From contig NC_068988.1 in assembly GCF_001194135.2 (NCBI RefSeq), forward strand, positions 74,937,838 to 74,973,821: a DNA stretch of 35,984 bases, given 5' to 3'. The notes beneath the pieces were generated by a model. That model saw nothing but the letters and a program-made list of their open reading frames with translations. It made no database searches and was not told where the DNA came from. Made by a program: the position numbers and the translations under genes. The DNA comes from Octopus bimaculoides (Eukaryota). Shown piece by piece: positions 1 to 12,108 of the stretch. Every line of letters starts with the position of its first letter. Position 1 is the stretch's first letter.

Positions 1-20
1 ATATATATATATATATATAT

Positions 21-186
21 ATACGACAGGCTTCTTTCAGTTTCCGTCTACCAAATCCACTCACAAGGCTTTGGTCAAGCTGAGGCTATAGTAGAAGACA
101 CTTGCCCAAGGTTCCACGCAGTTGGACTGAACCCCGAACCATGTGGTTGGTAAACAAGCTACTTACCACACACCCACTCCTGCGCC
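21..186 (-). mobile_element. tRNA-derived CORE-type SINE (family A), 5' monomer
   Basis: Reverse complement reads GGCGCAGGAGTGGGTGTGTGGTAAG (A box), GGTTCGGGGTTCAGTCC (B box) and CCTTGGGCAAGTGTCTT (CORE-like), ending in (TA)n. Matches copies at 9834, 22524, 34238 and 35532. Confidence 0.9.
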
Positions 187-188
187 AT

Positions 189-410
189 CTTTTATCTTTC
201 CTTTTTCAACCATTAGACTGCAGCCATGCTGGGGCACCACCTTGAGGAGTTTTTAGTCAAACAAATCAACCCCAGTACCTATTTTTTTTAAAGCCTGGTA
301 CTTATTTTATTGTTTTATTTTGCTGATCCACTAAGTTACAGGGACATAGACACACCAATACCAGTTGTTATGTGGGGGCAGAGGACAAACACAAAGACAC
401 ACACACACAC
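189..410 (-). mobile_element. SINE family A, diverged 3' monomer only
   Basis: Aligns by eye with 22524-22720 (gactg..gccatgct, accccag, cttatt, ctaagttac, ggacaaacac); no 5' monomer follows. Confidence 0.75.
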
Positions 411-459
411 ACATGTGCATACATGCACACGCGTGTGTATCTTTGTATGCATGTATATA

Positions 460-1663
460 TTGGGTGATCCTATAAATAACGTGTTTTTTTTTATACTTCT
501 TTTATTTTACAAAATTCAGATAAACAAAGTTCATTTTTAATTTAGAACATACTCTCCTTCATTTTCTACAATGCTCTTCCATCTATCTGGTAGACAGAAT
601 TCACATTTTTCCTGTTCAAATAAATTTGAAGACTGCGGAATAAATGATAATCAGATGGGGCAATGTCCAGTGAAAATGGGTGGGGGTGCTTGTTTCCCAT
701 TCAAACTACTCCAGCCTTTTGAATGTCCTCCTTGCTGTATCTGGCTGAGCATTATCCTGATGGAAGAACACCTTTTGTCTTGAAACCAAAGATGGTCGTT
801 TTTCTTCTAGCACTGACTTAAGCAGCTCAAGCTGCTCACAGTAGATCTCCTTTGTTATCATTTGGTTTGGGTTTAAAAGTTCAAAGTGGACTAAACCTTT
901 CATATCCCACCAAGCAGATAACAACACCTTGCATGGGTGAAGACCTTCTTTAGCCTGGGGTACCAGTGTTTCTCCTTTCCCTGTCCACTGTCTTTGGTAC
1001 TTGACATTTTTGTAGAGAACCCATTTCTTGTCACCAGTCACTATTCAGTCCAAAAAAGATTCATTCGTGAGACATAACAGCAAAGAAGAGCACTTTCTGT
1101 GTGTGATTAGACTCGGAAAGTTTGTGAAGAATCCATTGACCCAATTTGTTGACTTTTCCGATGGCACGCAGGTGTCGATGAATGGTTGAATGACCAAATC
1201 CAAGCTTCTCTGCTAGTTCCTCAGCAATTACGATGGGACTTTGTTCCACCAAGGTTTGCAGGACGTCCTTATCGAGCTCTACAAATCTTCCAGGAAGAGG
1301 TTCATCTTCTAGGCTGTAGTTTCTGGCTCGAAATTTCCGGAACCACTATTAAACCTGGCTTAGGCTCATTGTCCGATCCCCATATACTGTTTTAATATTC
1401 CTTGCACTTTCCATTGCGTTGTAGCCTTTATTGAACTCATGAAGCAAAAATATGCTGAATATGCTCTTTGTCACTTCCATTATAGCTTTGAAAAAAATCA
1501 CTGTTAAAATCGAACTGCACTCTTCAAAACTTGCACTAAGAATAAGGACAAGGTGAAATTGCTACCTGCTATTATAGCAAGTTGATGCAGGTAGTTTATC
1601 CCATCCCCCTCCAACTTTTAGTACATGCAATTGAAACACTGGATAATTATCAGGATGACCCAT
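460..1663 (-). mobile_element. mariner (DD34D-type) DNA transposon, near full length, decayed
   Basis: Left TIR TTGGGTGATCCTATAAATAA at 460 and a degenerate right TIR (ATAATTATCAGGATGACCCAT) ending at 1663. Both are flanked by TA (458-459, 1664-1665), with transposase motifs inside. Confidence 0.9.
537..1480 (-). pseudogene. mariner transposase pseudogene
   Basis: Start MEVTKEHI; motifs TGDKKW, WWDMKG, FHQDNAQP, FSLDIAPSDYHLF; end LPDRWKSIVENEGEYVLN*. Frameshifts, stops and a C-terminal deletion. Confidence 0.92.
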
Positions 1664-2198
1664 TATCATCACATTCATTATCACTTAATGTCTGTGTTCC
1701 ATGCGAGCGTGGGTGGGACAGTACCACAAGAGCCAGCCAGGCCTAAGCCTGCACCAAACTTCTGTGACTGTTTTGGCAGGATTTTTCAGCTGGACACTCT
1801 TCCTAACACTAACCATTCAGCAGAGTGAACTTAGTGCTTTTTGTGTGGCACAAGCGAGGTGAGTAGTGCTTTTTATGTGGCACAAGCATAGGCAAGGTTA
1901 GTTTTGGCAAGGTTGTTACAGCTGGATGCCCTTCCGAACACCAACCACTTTACAGTGTAGACTGGGTGCTTTTAAGTAGCACCTGCACTGACAGGGTCAC
2001 CAAGTCCTTGCAAGACAAAAACTTTTAAGAGGGGAGGAGGATGTGATGATGGAAAGGTTATAGTGTGACAGATATAGGTGTCTTGCTGAAGAGGAAGTAC
2101 AAGGTTACTTGGCCGGAGAAAGAAAGATCAGGAATGAAGATAGAAACAAGTGTGCTATCACAAAGAAAATACATGGTTGCCCAACCTGAGGGAAGTGC

Positions 2199-2228
2199 AG
2201 GAGAAGGAGAGAGAGAGAGGGAGAGAGA

Positions 2229-2312
<84 letters not shown>
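2199..2312. repeat. (GA)n microsatellite within the RTE 3' UTR
   Basis: Direct reading. Confidence 0.95.
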
Positions 2313-2315
<3 letters not shown>

Positions 2316-2982
2316 CAAGATGGAGATGGTGGCAAAATACCAGGCATGTTCCCAAGGAATGGGGATCAGAGTATAAATGAGATGGTTGAGTAAAGGAAGA
2401 GAGAGATATAGATAGTGACAAGTGCCTTGAGGTTCAAATGCTATAAGTGACAGGATACTGTGAAGGGAGTGTGATTAAAGAGTGTATGTGGCAAAAGACA
2501 TGGGTATATATAGAGTTGGAGTAGCTACTGGATAGCAAGGATACAGAGGAACAGAGGTGTGATGACAAGATTGGGGAGTGAGAGCTAGGCAAAGAGTGAG
2601 AACTAGGCATAGTGAATGGAGAAGGAAATGCGTGAAAGAGAAGGGATGTAAATTGGTTTGTTGGGGTAGGGTGAGGGAAAAGTTTTCTTGTTACATGTAG
2701 GTGGAACACCCAGTTCAGGAGCTAGCAGATGGCAATAATAGCCTTGTGCCTAGAGTAGAAAAGAATAGTAGAGTGAGACAAGGCATGTGGGTAGAATGCA
2801 CAGGTCGAGGTCAAGCAGAGAGCAATGATACAGTGGCACCAGGCCAAGAGGACAAGATTGGGGAGTGGGAGGTAATCATAGTACATGAAGTGGAAATGTG
2901 AGGAAGAGCAGGGATGTACAGACGTAGTTTGGTTCTTTGTGGTAGAGTGTGTGAGAAGTTTTCTATACAGTACTTCTAGAAT

Positions 2983-5900
2983 TCAGTTTTGCTGATGTGG
3001 GTGGGTCTTCTCAAGAACTTCATATCAACAGACATCTCAGTCCATGATCATTTTCTCTGTGAGGTCCAACTTCCTGAGATCAGTCCTTACCACTTCATCC
3101 CATGTCTTCCTGGTTCTCCCTCTTCCATGGGTACCATCCACTTTCAGTGATCAGCACTTCTTTATGCAACTGTCCTCATTCATATGTATCACATATCCAA
3201 ACCAATGTAGTCTTCTCTCTTGCATGCTACATTTGATTCCTCTTATGCCCAATACATTTGCACTTTGTTGTGTATGTGCACTGATGTTGCACATCCAATG
3301 AAACATACTACCTTCGTTTCTCTCCAGTCTATGCATATCTTCAACAGTCAGAGCCCATGTCTCACTACCATGGAGTATAGCTGTTTGTACACAGGCATCA
3401 TATAGTCTACCTTTCATTCTGAGAGGCCTTTTTTTGCCAACAGATGTATATCTCTCTGAACTTCCTACATCCTATTTCTTATTCTAGAAACAATACTTTC
3501 AGAGCATCCTCCACCATTACTAATTTGGTCACCTAGGTAACAAAAGCTATCTACAGCCTAATGAGAGCCTTCTGGACATTTGAGAGGATCTAATCCTTGT
3601 GTGCTCTTAGTGCTTATTGTTCCTGAACATCTGCCACATACAAAGACTACTTTATCTGTTAATCTACCTGTGTTACCACTGCATCTTTTATGTGTCCATA
3701 GTTTACACTGGGTGCAGCAAATGGAATTTCTTCCATCTCCTTTCCTACATATGAAGCAGGGCCATTTACCTGAAGGAAAGAAAGTTTTATCTTCTTTCTT
3801 ACTAACAACTACTTTTTTTGTAGCTATGTTAACTTTAAGGCCCTTGATTCCAGGTTTTGTTTCCATACCTGGAATTTCTTCTCCAATTCTGCTAAAAATT
3901 ATGCAATAAGAGCAAGGTTATCAGCATATAATAGTTCCCACAGGCACCCAGTTTTGAATTCCTCTGTTATGGCCTGCAGGACTACAATGAATAAGAGTGG
4001 ATTGAGAACTGAGCCCTGGTGAACCCCTACCTGAAAGCTAAATTCATCACTGTATTCATGGCTGACTCTCACCTTACTGACAGCACCACTGTACATGGTT
4101 TGGACAGCTCTAACAAGCCACTCCTCTACTCCTAACTTCCTTACAGAGCAGGGAACTCTGTTGAAAGCTTTCTTCAGGTCAAAAGAGGCTAAGTACAATA
4201 GCTTACTTTTGGCCAAGTACTTTTCCTCAGCTGTCTCACTAGGAAGATGGCATCTGCAGTACTCTTACCAGGTACAAAACCAAACTGCATCTCATCTAGT
4301 TTAATTCTATTTCTACTTAATTAAGCTATAACCCTCTCACTAATTTCCATGACTTGGTCTAGCAGTTTAATACCTTTGCAGTTGTTTCTATCTTAGGCAT
4401 CACCTTTATCCTTATAGCTTAACTATCCTATAGCTTAACTATCCTATATCCTTAACTATAATGCTACTACACCAGTCATTGGGGGTGGTTCCTTCCTGAA
4501 TAACTTGATTAACTATATGGATGACTAAGCTGTATCCTATACCACCAGAAATTTTAATCATCTCTGCAGTGATTCCTGATGGCCCAAGAGCTTCCCTGTT
4601 TTCATGTCCTTAATTACCTTATCTATTATGCTGCTATCAACAGTGATGGTTGGTCCCTTAACTGGTTTGATATTTGGTAAACTCTCCTCCTATTCATTTT
4701 CCACATTTAGTAACATTTTATAGTGGCACTTTATAGTGCATCTTTCTTCTCTGAGTCACTAAGTGCAAGCATACCATTATCCATTTGCACCCATTTCTCA
4801 CCTACCACATCTCTATTCTCTCTGAAACACTGCTTTGCAATCCTGAACACCTCATGCCTCTGATCCTCACATTGTAGGACATTTACAAATCTTTTACCTT
4901 CAGCTACTCCTTTTACTATGTTTACCTGACGTCTAGCTGCCCTTTTGGCTACCTGATATAATTCTCTGCTTCCATGGTTTTTCCATTCTTTCCAGGCCTG
5001 TCTCTTCGCTTTTATAACACTGTCAACCTCCTTGCTCCACCACCATGTTACTCTTGGTCTAGCTGGGACTCTGTACCAACCACAGATTTCATCCATAGCT
5101 CTCAGTAGATTGTCCCTCAAGAACTTCCAGTTGTCCTCTAAGCTATGTCCCCAACTCTTCCTCTCTTTCATCAGAAGCTTTCATTAACAAATCTCTAAAT
5201 TTTTGTCTGTTTGCCGGGTCTTTGAGATCCCATAGTCTTCTTTTCCAGATTGGTTTATTTCTCCGGGTCTTTCTAGCTCTAATTCTGAAGTCAGTAACTA
5301 GTAACTTATGTTGGGTTGTACACTCTTCACCTGAGAATGACTTTGCATTTTTAAGCGTCTATCTATCTCGTTGCCTGGTGAGTAGGTAGTCAATATGTGC
5401 TCACCAGACTGATAAGTGATTAGGTGGCTGGTTGGTTTTTTGAAGTTAGTGTTGCAGATCATGAGAACTCCAGCAGTCTTGTTCCCTCCTCATTTCTAGG
5501 TGCAAAACCATAGCCTCCATGCACTTCCTGGAATCCATGGAGGTGCTGTCCAACATGCCCATTGAAGTCCCCAGCCACAATAATAAAGTCTCTGTCATTT
5601 GTTGTTGAGGTGGTCTGCAAAAGGATCTCATAGAATCGGTCCTTCTGCTCAACAGTCAGCCCAGACTGAGGGGCATAAGCAGAGATAAATGTAACTGTTG
5701 ATTTACCTATGATAAGTCTCATCTTAATGATCCTATCACATACTCTGATGATGATGATGATACTCTGACTACTTCAATTACATTATCTACCCACTTTTCT
5801 GCTAACAATATGCCTACTCCACTCACACCATCATTCCTGCCAACCCAGAAGAATTTGAATTTCTGTCTCTTACCTGTGAGGAACCTAGCTGCAGTTCCCC

Positions 5901-6010
5901 TCCATCTAACTTCTTGTACACCACATACATCAACATGACATCGCTCTAACATTTCAACAATCTCCCCCACTCCTTCCTTTCATTGTGCCCACATTGATGG
6001 TAGCAACCCT
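2983..6010 (-). pseudogene. RTE ORF pseudogene: APE endonuclease, RT, PHD finger, C-terminus
   Basis: VATINVGTM, GVQEVRWRG, ISAYAPQSG, AGDFNGHVG, FDLKKAFNRVP, GVHQGSVLNPLLF, LLYADNLAL, LHGSETW, RRLHWFGYV; many stops and frameshifts. Confidence 0.92.
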
Positions 6011-6797
6011 GAGATTGAGTACTTGGGAGTGGTTGCGGTAAGGTAGTTGTGGGATTTTGTCATCACCTGAAACGAGGATCTGCGAAATGCTTGCCAGCTA
6101 GCATAGAGCTTTGGTACAGAGTTTATTCAGTGAATTACAATGAACCACAGTCTCCCCGACCTTATTCAACATCTTGAGCAAGACCTAATAAGTGGGTATG
6201 AGAATAGGGTGGTTACATAGGGCAAGTATTATATGTCTAAATATTCAACTGTATATGACACACACCAGGACACTTGTAAGAGGGTTATAAGGAGGGGGTG
6301 TAAAGGTATGCTCAAAATATATATATTTACATACACAGCACATGAAACGAGAGTTCCCAGGTGAAAATGTTAATGTATGAGTTAAAATGGTGGTGGTGGT
6401 GGAGGGTGGGTGCATATAATGGGTGTGCAAAATGGACGTTGAGCAGCCCCAGTGTAAACTAAGCTTATACACCATATAGCTAGTTCAGCCATGAAAGGAA
6501 AGCCGTAGTATTTAATAATAATTATTATTCTTATCATTAAGATATTAATACTAAATTAATATACATGTACATTTTTTAATCGATAAATTTATCTCATAAG
6601 CATCTTGCAATAGGAATGGGAGTCTGATTGAAATTGATATGAAATGAAAGTTACATGTGGTCTTAGCAATTAGATATTAAAAGAAATGGGGAAATCCTAG
6701 ATTCATTGACTAATTCACATATGAATAATAACAAAAAAACTTTGCAGTTGATTCAAGAAAGAGTGAATGAGCGAGTTGTTGATTCAAGAGCATAAGC

Positions 6798-6803
<6 letters not shown>

Positions 6804-6878
<75 letters not shown>

Positions 6879-6980
6879 CAGATAGGCAGACAGACAGGCA
6901 GACAGATAGGGAGAGAGAGGGAGGGAGAGAGAGAGGGAGAGAGAGGGAGGGAGAGAGAGAGGGAGAGAGAGAGAGAAAGG
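6804..6980. repeat. compound (GATA)n/(GACA)n/(GA)n microsatellite
   Basis: Direct reading. Confidence 0.95.
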
Positions 6981-7247
6981 GAGTGAGCAATACACTAATA
7001 AGTTGCTAATATTTTCCTAACCAGCCAGGTTAGACTTTAACTAAAAAACTTCCAAGAATGAAGCATCTCCAAGAGTTACCTCTCTCAGCTTGCCAAGGTA
7101 AAAAATTACTATTTTTATAGCACCAATGATATATTACAAATTAATATTATTTTTATTGTACTCTGTACTTGATTTAACATTTCCTTTTTAATGTTCTTGG
7201 TCAACATAAAATTTATGTTCACCTTACACCCCACCTTGTCACACATA

Positions 7248-7353
7248 CGAGGGGTGTATGAAAAGTTTTGAGCCTTGACATCTTGTACCTTCATCAGAAG
7301 TCTTGTACCATGTTTTGTGTTTTTGAGGCTCAAGACTTTTCATACACCCCTCA
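7248..7353. mobile_element. 106-bp mariner-type MITE
   Basis: 28-bp TIRs CGAGGGGTGTATGAAAAGTTTTGAGCCT (7248-7275) and AGGCTCAAGACTTTTCATACACCCCTCA (7326-7353), 2 mismatches; TA on both sides. Confidence 0.9.
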
Positions 7354-7671
7354 TACATCCAGTTATTTTATGACAGCCTTGGTTGGCAACAGAGTCATTA
7401 ATTACAGGATCAATCACTGGTTCAATGCCTTTTTAATAGAGAAAGTGAAAAGAGAGTATTTGTAACTAGATTGAGAACAAATACTGCAAGGAATTTAAAA
7501 AGCATCAGCTGGTGAAAGATACATACTGAGTGGTGAATGATACATACACACACACATACACACACAAAATATACATGCATACAAATGCATTCATGTATTT
7601 ACATATACAATTACACATGCGCTTGAGCAAATGCATACACACACAAATACATACAAATACATATCCACATA

Positions 7672-7830
7672 TATATGACGTGCTCCTACATAGCTTCCCT
7701 TACTAAATTCTACTCACATAATGTTGGTGAAGCCAAGGCCAATGTAGAAAACATTTGACCAAAGTGCTATAGAGTGGGACTAAGCCCAGTATTACGTGAT
7801 TGGGAATGAAACGTTTTCACTATAGAGTCT
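7672..7830 (-). mobile_element. old, highly diverged SINE family A 5' monomer
   Basis: Residual similarity to the family A head (tactcaca, gtagaaaacatttgaccaaagtg, agtgggactaagccc). Confidence 0.55.
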
Positions 7831-7845
7831 TGTCTTTATAGTTAA

Positions 7846-9098
7846 CTAGCAGAAATACCCGGCTTTGCCCGGGTTAAAGAGAATAATGAAATCTAAAAAC
7901 GCCGTCTAGACTACGCAACCCTCAACTGTTAGTAGCTACGATACCATATTTCTACATTAATAACTCTCCAATCCATGCCAGCATGGAACATAGACATTAA
8001 GTGGAATGCCAGTCTCTCATCTAGGAGGGCCTTGAAATCAATGTTACCAACTGGGGACTATGTGTGTCGTAGTGATAATAAAAAGACCCAAAGGAGGTCT
8101 GCAACGAAATANNNNNNNNNNNNNNNNNNNNNNNNNNNNNNNNNNNNNNNNNNNNNNNNNNNNNNNNNNNNNNNNNNNNNNNNNNNNNNNNNNNNNNNNN
8201 NNNNNNNNNNNNNNNNNNNNNNNNNNNNNNNNNNNNNNNNNNNNNNNNNNNNNNNNNNNNNNNNNNNNNNNNNNNNNNNNNNNNNNNNNNNNNNNNNNNN
8301 NNNNNNNNNNNNNNNNNNNNNNNNNNNNNNNNNNNNNNNNNNNNNNNNNNNNNNNNNNNNNNNNNNNNNNNNNNNNNNNNNNNNNNNNNNNNNNNNNNNN
8401 NNNNNNNNNNNNNNNNNNNNNNNNNNNNNNNNNNNNNNNNNNNNNNNNNNNNNNNNNNNNNNNNNNNNNNNNNNNNNNNNNNNNNNNNNNNNNNNNNNNN
8501 NNNNNNNNNNNNNNNNNNNNNNNNNNNNNNNNNNNNNNNNNNNNNNNNNNNNNNNNNNNNNNNNNNNNNNNNNNNNNNNNNNNNNNNNNNNNNNNNNNNN
8601 NNNNNNNNNNNNNNNNNNNNNNNNNNNNNNNNNNNNNNNNNNNNNNNNNNNNNNNNNNNNNNNNNNNNNNNNNNNNNNNNNNNNNNNNNNNNNNNNNNNN
8701 NNNNNNNNNNNNNNNNNNNNNNNNNNNNNNNNNNNNNNNNNNNNNNNNNNNNNNNNNNNNNNNNNNNNNNNNNNNNNNNNNNNNNNNNNNNNNCAGTATC
8801 GAAATGTGATTGTTTCAGTTAGTAGAATAGTTTCATTTTTAAAGTGAAAGTATTTGACATGAGTGTTTTTGTTTCACTTTTGACACGTAATACTTAAATA
8901 GTGGAGGAGATATTATGTTGCTGTGGGCTCGAACTCTGGAAGAAGTTAAAATTTTTTTGACTAAAACACAACTGGAACCCTAAGTAAGGCATCTGTAAAA
9001 TTTGAAAGAAATTGGTTGCGTAGTTCTCGAGTTTTAGGGATTCACACAGACAGACAGACAGACAGACAGACACACATTCTCATTTTTATATATATAGA
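7846..9098 (-). mobile_element. non-autonomous Helitron spanning an N-gap
   Basis: Minus strand begins A|TCTATATATATAAAAATGAG with a (CTGT)n tract, and ends with hairpin ACCCGG-GCAAAG-CCGGGT, ATTTCTG, CTAG|T. Joining the two ends assumes the gap 8112-8794 is internal. Confidence 0.8.
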
Positions 9099-9587
9099 TA
9101 AACGCCTGCAGTACCACACTAAAGGTAGATTTTTCCCTGCCACCAAACAACAACAATCATTATACCAGTACAAATTAAAAAAGAAACACCTTCATCCATC
9201 CACACAACAGAAACAACAAACAAACATAAATAAATGAATAATATATAAATAAAATGTGCAGTAACACATACATTAAGAAGGACCATGTTAGTACTGGAAG
9301 CTGCTGGAAAATATGGAAAGATTTAGGTTGTACAGTGTTTCATAGAGTTAACTTCTCACTATGAACCACCTTACAACTTGTCTGATTATCTCATTCTTAC
9401 TTGGCATTCAGCCTAATTATTCATCACACATCACACGTTACCTCCAGGCAGTCCTCCACCTCAAAACCCTTCACTTTTCATGGTTCTGTTTTATTTTTTT
9501 TCATGTTTCTTTCTTGCACTCTCACTCTATCCTCCACACATCTTCCTCATCAACATTTTCCTCTTCCCTACTTTCCCGTTTTCCTAT

Positions 9588-9634
<47 letters not shown>

Positions 9635-9687
9635 CTAGATAGCTAGATAGATATAGATATATGAATGTATATACTCACACATATGCA

Positions 9688-9780
<93 letters not shown>

Positions 9781-9833
9781 GTCGAATTTAAAATTAAAGA
9801 ATTACAGTCTAGAAACTAGGTGTTAAATGCATA

Positions 9834-10131
9834 GGCGCAGGAGTGGCTGTGTGGTAAGTAGCTTGCTTACCAACCACATGGTTCCGGGTGCATTCCCACT
9901 GCGTGGCACCTTGGGCAAGTGTCTTCTACTATAGCCTCGGGCTGACCAAAGCCTTGTGAGTAGATTTGGTAGAAGGAAACTGAAAGAAGCCCGTCGTATA
10001 TATTTATGTATATATATATATATATGTATGTGTGTGTCTGTGTTTGTCCCCCCAACATCGCTTGACAACCGATGCTGGTGTGTTTATGTCCCCGTAAATT
10101 AGCGGTTCAGGAAAAGGGACCGATAGAATAA
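9834..10131 (+). mobile_element. SINE family A dimer, truncated by a gap
   Basis: tRNA head, CORE-like segment, internal (TA)n(TG)n, then the start of the 3' monomer. Confidence 0.92.
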
Positions 10132-11314
10132 NNNNNNNNNNNNNNNNNNNNNNNNNNNNNNNNNNNNNNNNNNNNNNNNNNNNNNNNNNNNNNNNNNNNN
10201 NNNNNNNNNNNNNNNNNNNNNNNNNNNNNNNNNNNNNNNNNNNNNNNNNNNNNNNNNNNNNNNNNNNNNNNNNNNNNNNNNNNNNNNNNNNNNNNNNNNN
10301 NNNNNNNNNNNNNNNNNNNNNNNNNNNNNNNNNNNNNNNNNNNNNNNNNNNNNNNNNNNNNNNNNNNNNNNNNNNNNNNNNNNNNNNNNNNNNNNNNNNN
10401 NNNNNNNNNNNNNNNNNNNNNNNNNNNNNNNNNNNNNNNNNNNNNNNNNNNNNNNNNNNNNNNNNNNNNNNNNNNNNNNNNNNNNNNNNNNNNNNNNNNN
10501 NNNNNNNNNNNNNNNNNNNNNNNNNNNNNNNNNNNNNNNNNNNNNNNNNNNNNNNNNNNNNNNNNNNNNNNNNNNNNNNNNNNNNNNNNNNNNNNNNNNN
10601 NNNNNNNNNNNNNNNNNNNNNNNNNNNNNNNNNNNNNNNNNNNNNNNNNNNNNNNNNNNNNNNNNNNNNNNNNNNNNNNNNNNNNNNNNNNNNNNNNNNN
10701 NNNNNNNNNNNNNNNNNNNNNNNNNNNNNNNNNNNNNNNNNNNNNNNNNNNNNNNNNNNNNNNNNNNNNNNNNNNNNNNNNNNNNNNNNNNNNNNNNNNN
10801 NNNNNNNNNNNNNNNNNNNNNNNNNNNNNNNNNNNNNNNNNNNNNNNNNNNNNNNNNNNNNNNNNNNNNNNNNNNNNNNNNNNNNNNNNNNNNNNNNNNN
10901 NNNNNNNNNNNNNNNNNNNNNNNNNNNNNNNNNNNNNNNNNNNNNNNNNNNNNNNNNNNNNNNNNNNNNNNNNNNNNNNNNNNNNNNNNNNNNNNNNNNN
11001 NNNNNNNNNNNNNNNNNNNNNNNNNNNNACTAGACACAAGACGTCCACCCGAAAGGGAGCACGTGTAGAGTTCTACAAATTACATTCAGTGTATCCTTTC
11101 AAATGTCTTCAATCTGGTGCGCTAAGTCCGGAAATAATTCTGCAGTTAACAAATTTTTGCAGCTAATTTACCGGTTTGAGAACATTATTATATAAAATTT
11201 ATTAATGAGGGTAGAAATTGATATTAATCAATTAAAACCAGTGGTCTAGCATATTAAAAAAATCCGAAGATTAAAATTATATTACATACAAAAATAAGAG
11301 GAGTGACCTGCCAA

Positions 11315-12108
11315 TTGACCTGCTCTTATAGCTAAATTTGACCTGCTCTTATAGCTAAATCACTACCTGAACTAGAGAAGAAGTTCCATGTACAGAATCA
11401 AAGGGCCTTAGAGTTAAACTAGCAAGAACCAAAGTCATAGTAAGCATGAAGGCAGACAAATCACAAATGCCTTCAGGTAGAAACTCCATAAGATGCACCC
11501 AGTGTGAGCTTTGGACACATAAAAGGTGCAGCAATACCAGAGAAAGGTTAACAGGAAGATTAACTTTTGTATGTGGAAGGTGCACAGATACAATAAACGC
11601 TGAAAATGTACAGAAGATAGACTCCATCAACTGCCAGTGGGGCAAGCTAGAGGTAGTAGGTAGCTTCCACTATCTAGGTGACCAGGTTAGCAGTGGAGGT
11701 GGATGCTCTGAGAGTGTAGCTGTGAGAATAAAATTAGTCTGGACAAAGTTCAGAGAGCTTCTACCCCTGCTGGCAACAAAAGGCCTCTCTCTCAGAGTGA
11801 AAGGCAGATTGTTTGATGCCTGGGTGTGGACAGCTATACTGCATGGCAGTGAAACATGGGTTATAACAGCCAAGAACATGCGTAGGCTTGAGAGAAATGA
11901 AGCCAGTATGTTTCGCTGAATGTGCAATGTCACTGTACATGTTTGACAGAGTGTAAGCATCTTGAGAGAAAAGCTGGGCATAAGAAGAATCAGATGTGGT
12001 GTGCAGGAGAGACGACTGTACTGGTATGGTCATGTCATGTGTATGGATGAGGACAGCTGTGTAAAGAAGTACCGATCTCTAACTGTGAAGGGAACCCATG
12101 GTAGAGTG
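11315..12108 (+). pseudogene. RTE fragment B (post-YADD region, truncated PHD, C-terminus)
   Basis: DLALIA.SLPELEK, NSIRCTQCELWTHKRCS, FVCGRC, FHYLGD, ILHGSETW, QERRLYWYGHV. Confidence 0.9.

Larger units (their letters stand above)
1666..6100 (-). mobile_element. RTE-clade LINE, near full length, decayed, with ~1.3-kb 3' UTR
   Basis: APE and RT motifs on the minus strand. 3' UTR modules (gctggatgcccttcc) and a degenerate (GAT)n tail at ~1666-1683. The 5' boundary is approximate. Confidence 0.88.

Noticed and set aside
9823-10068. Recurrent ORFs such as DGLLSVSVYQIHSQGFGRPEAIVEDTCPRCH (also 22688-22978 and 35518-35774)
   Set aside because: They are translations of the same SINE in different frames and strands, not genes.
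7975-11048. Long ORFs of 249-313 aa
   Set aside because: They are almost entirely N-gap read-through.
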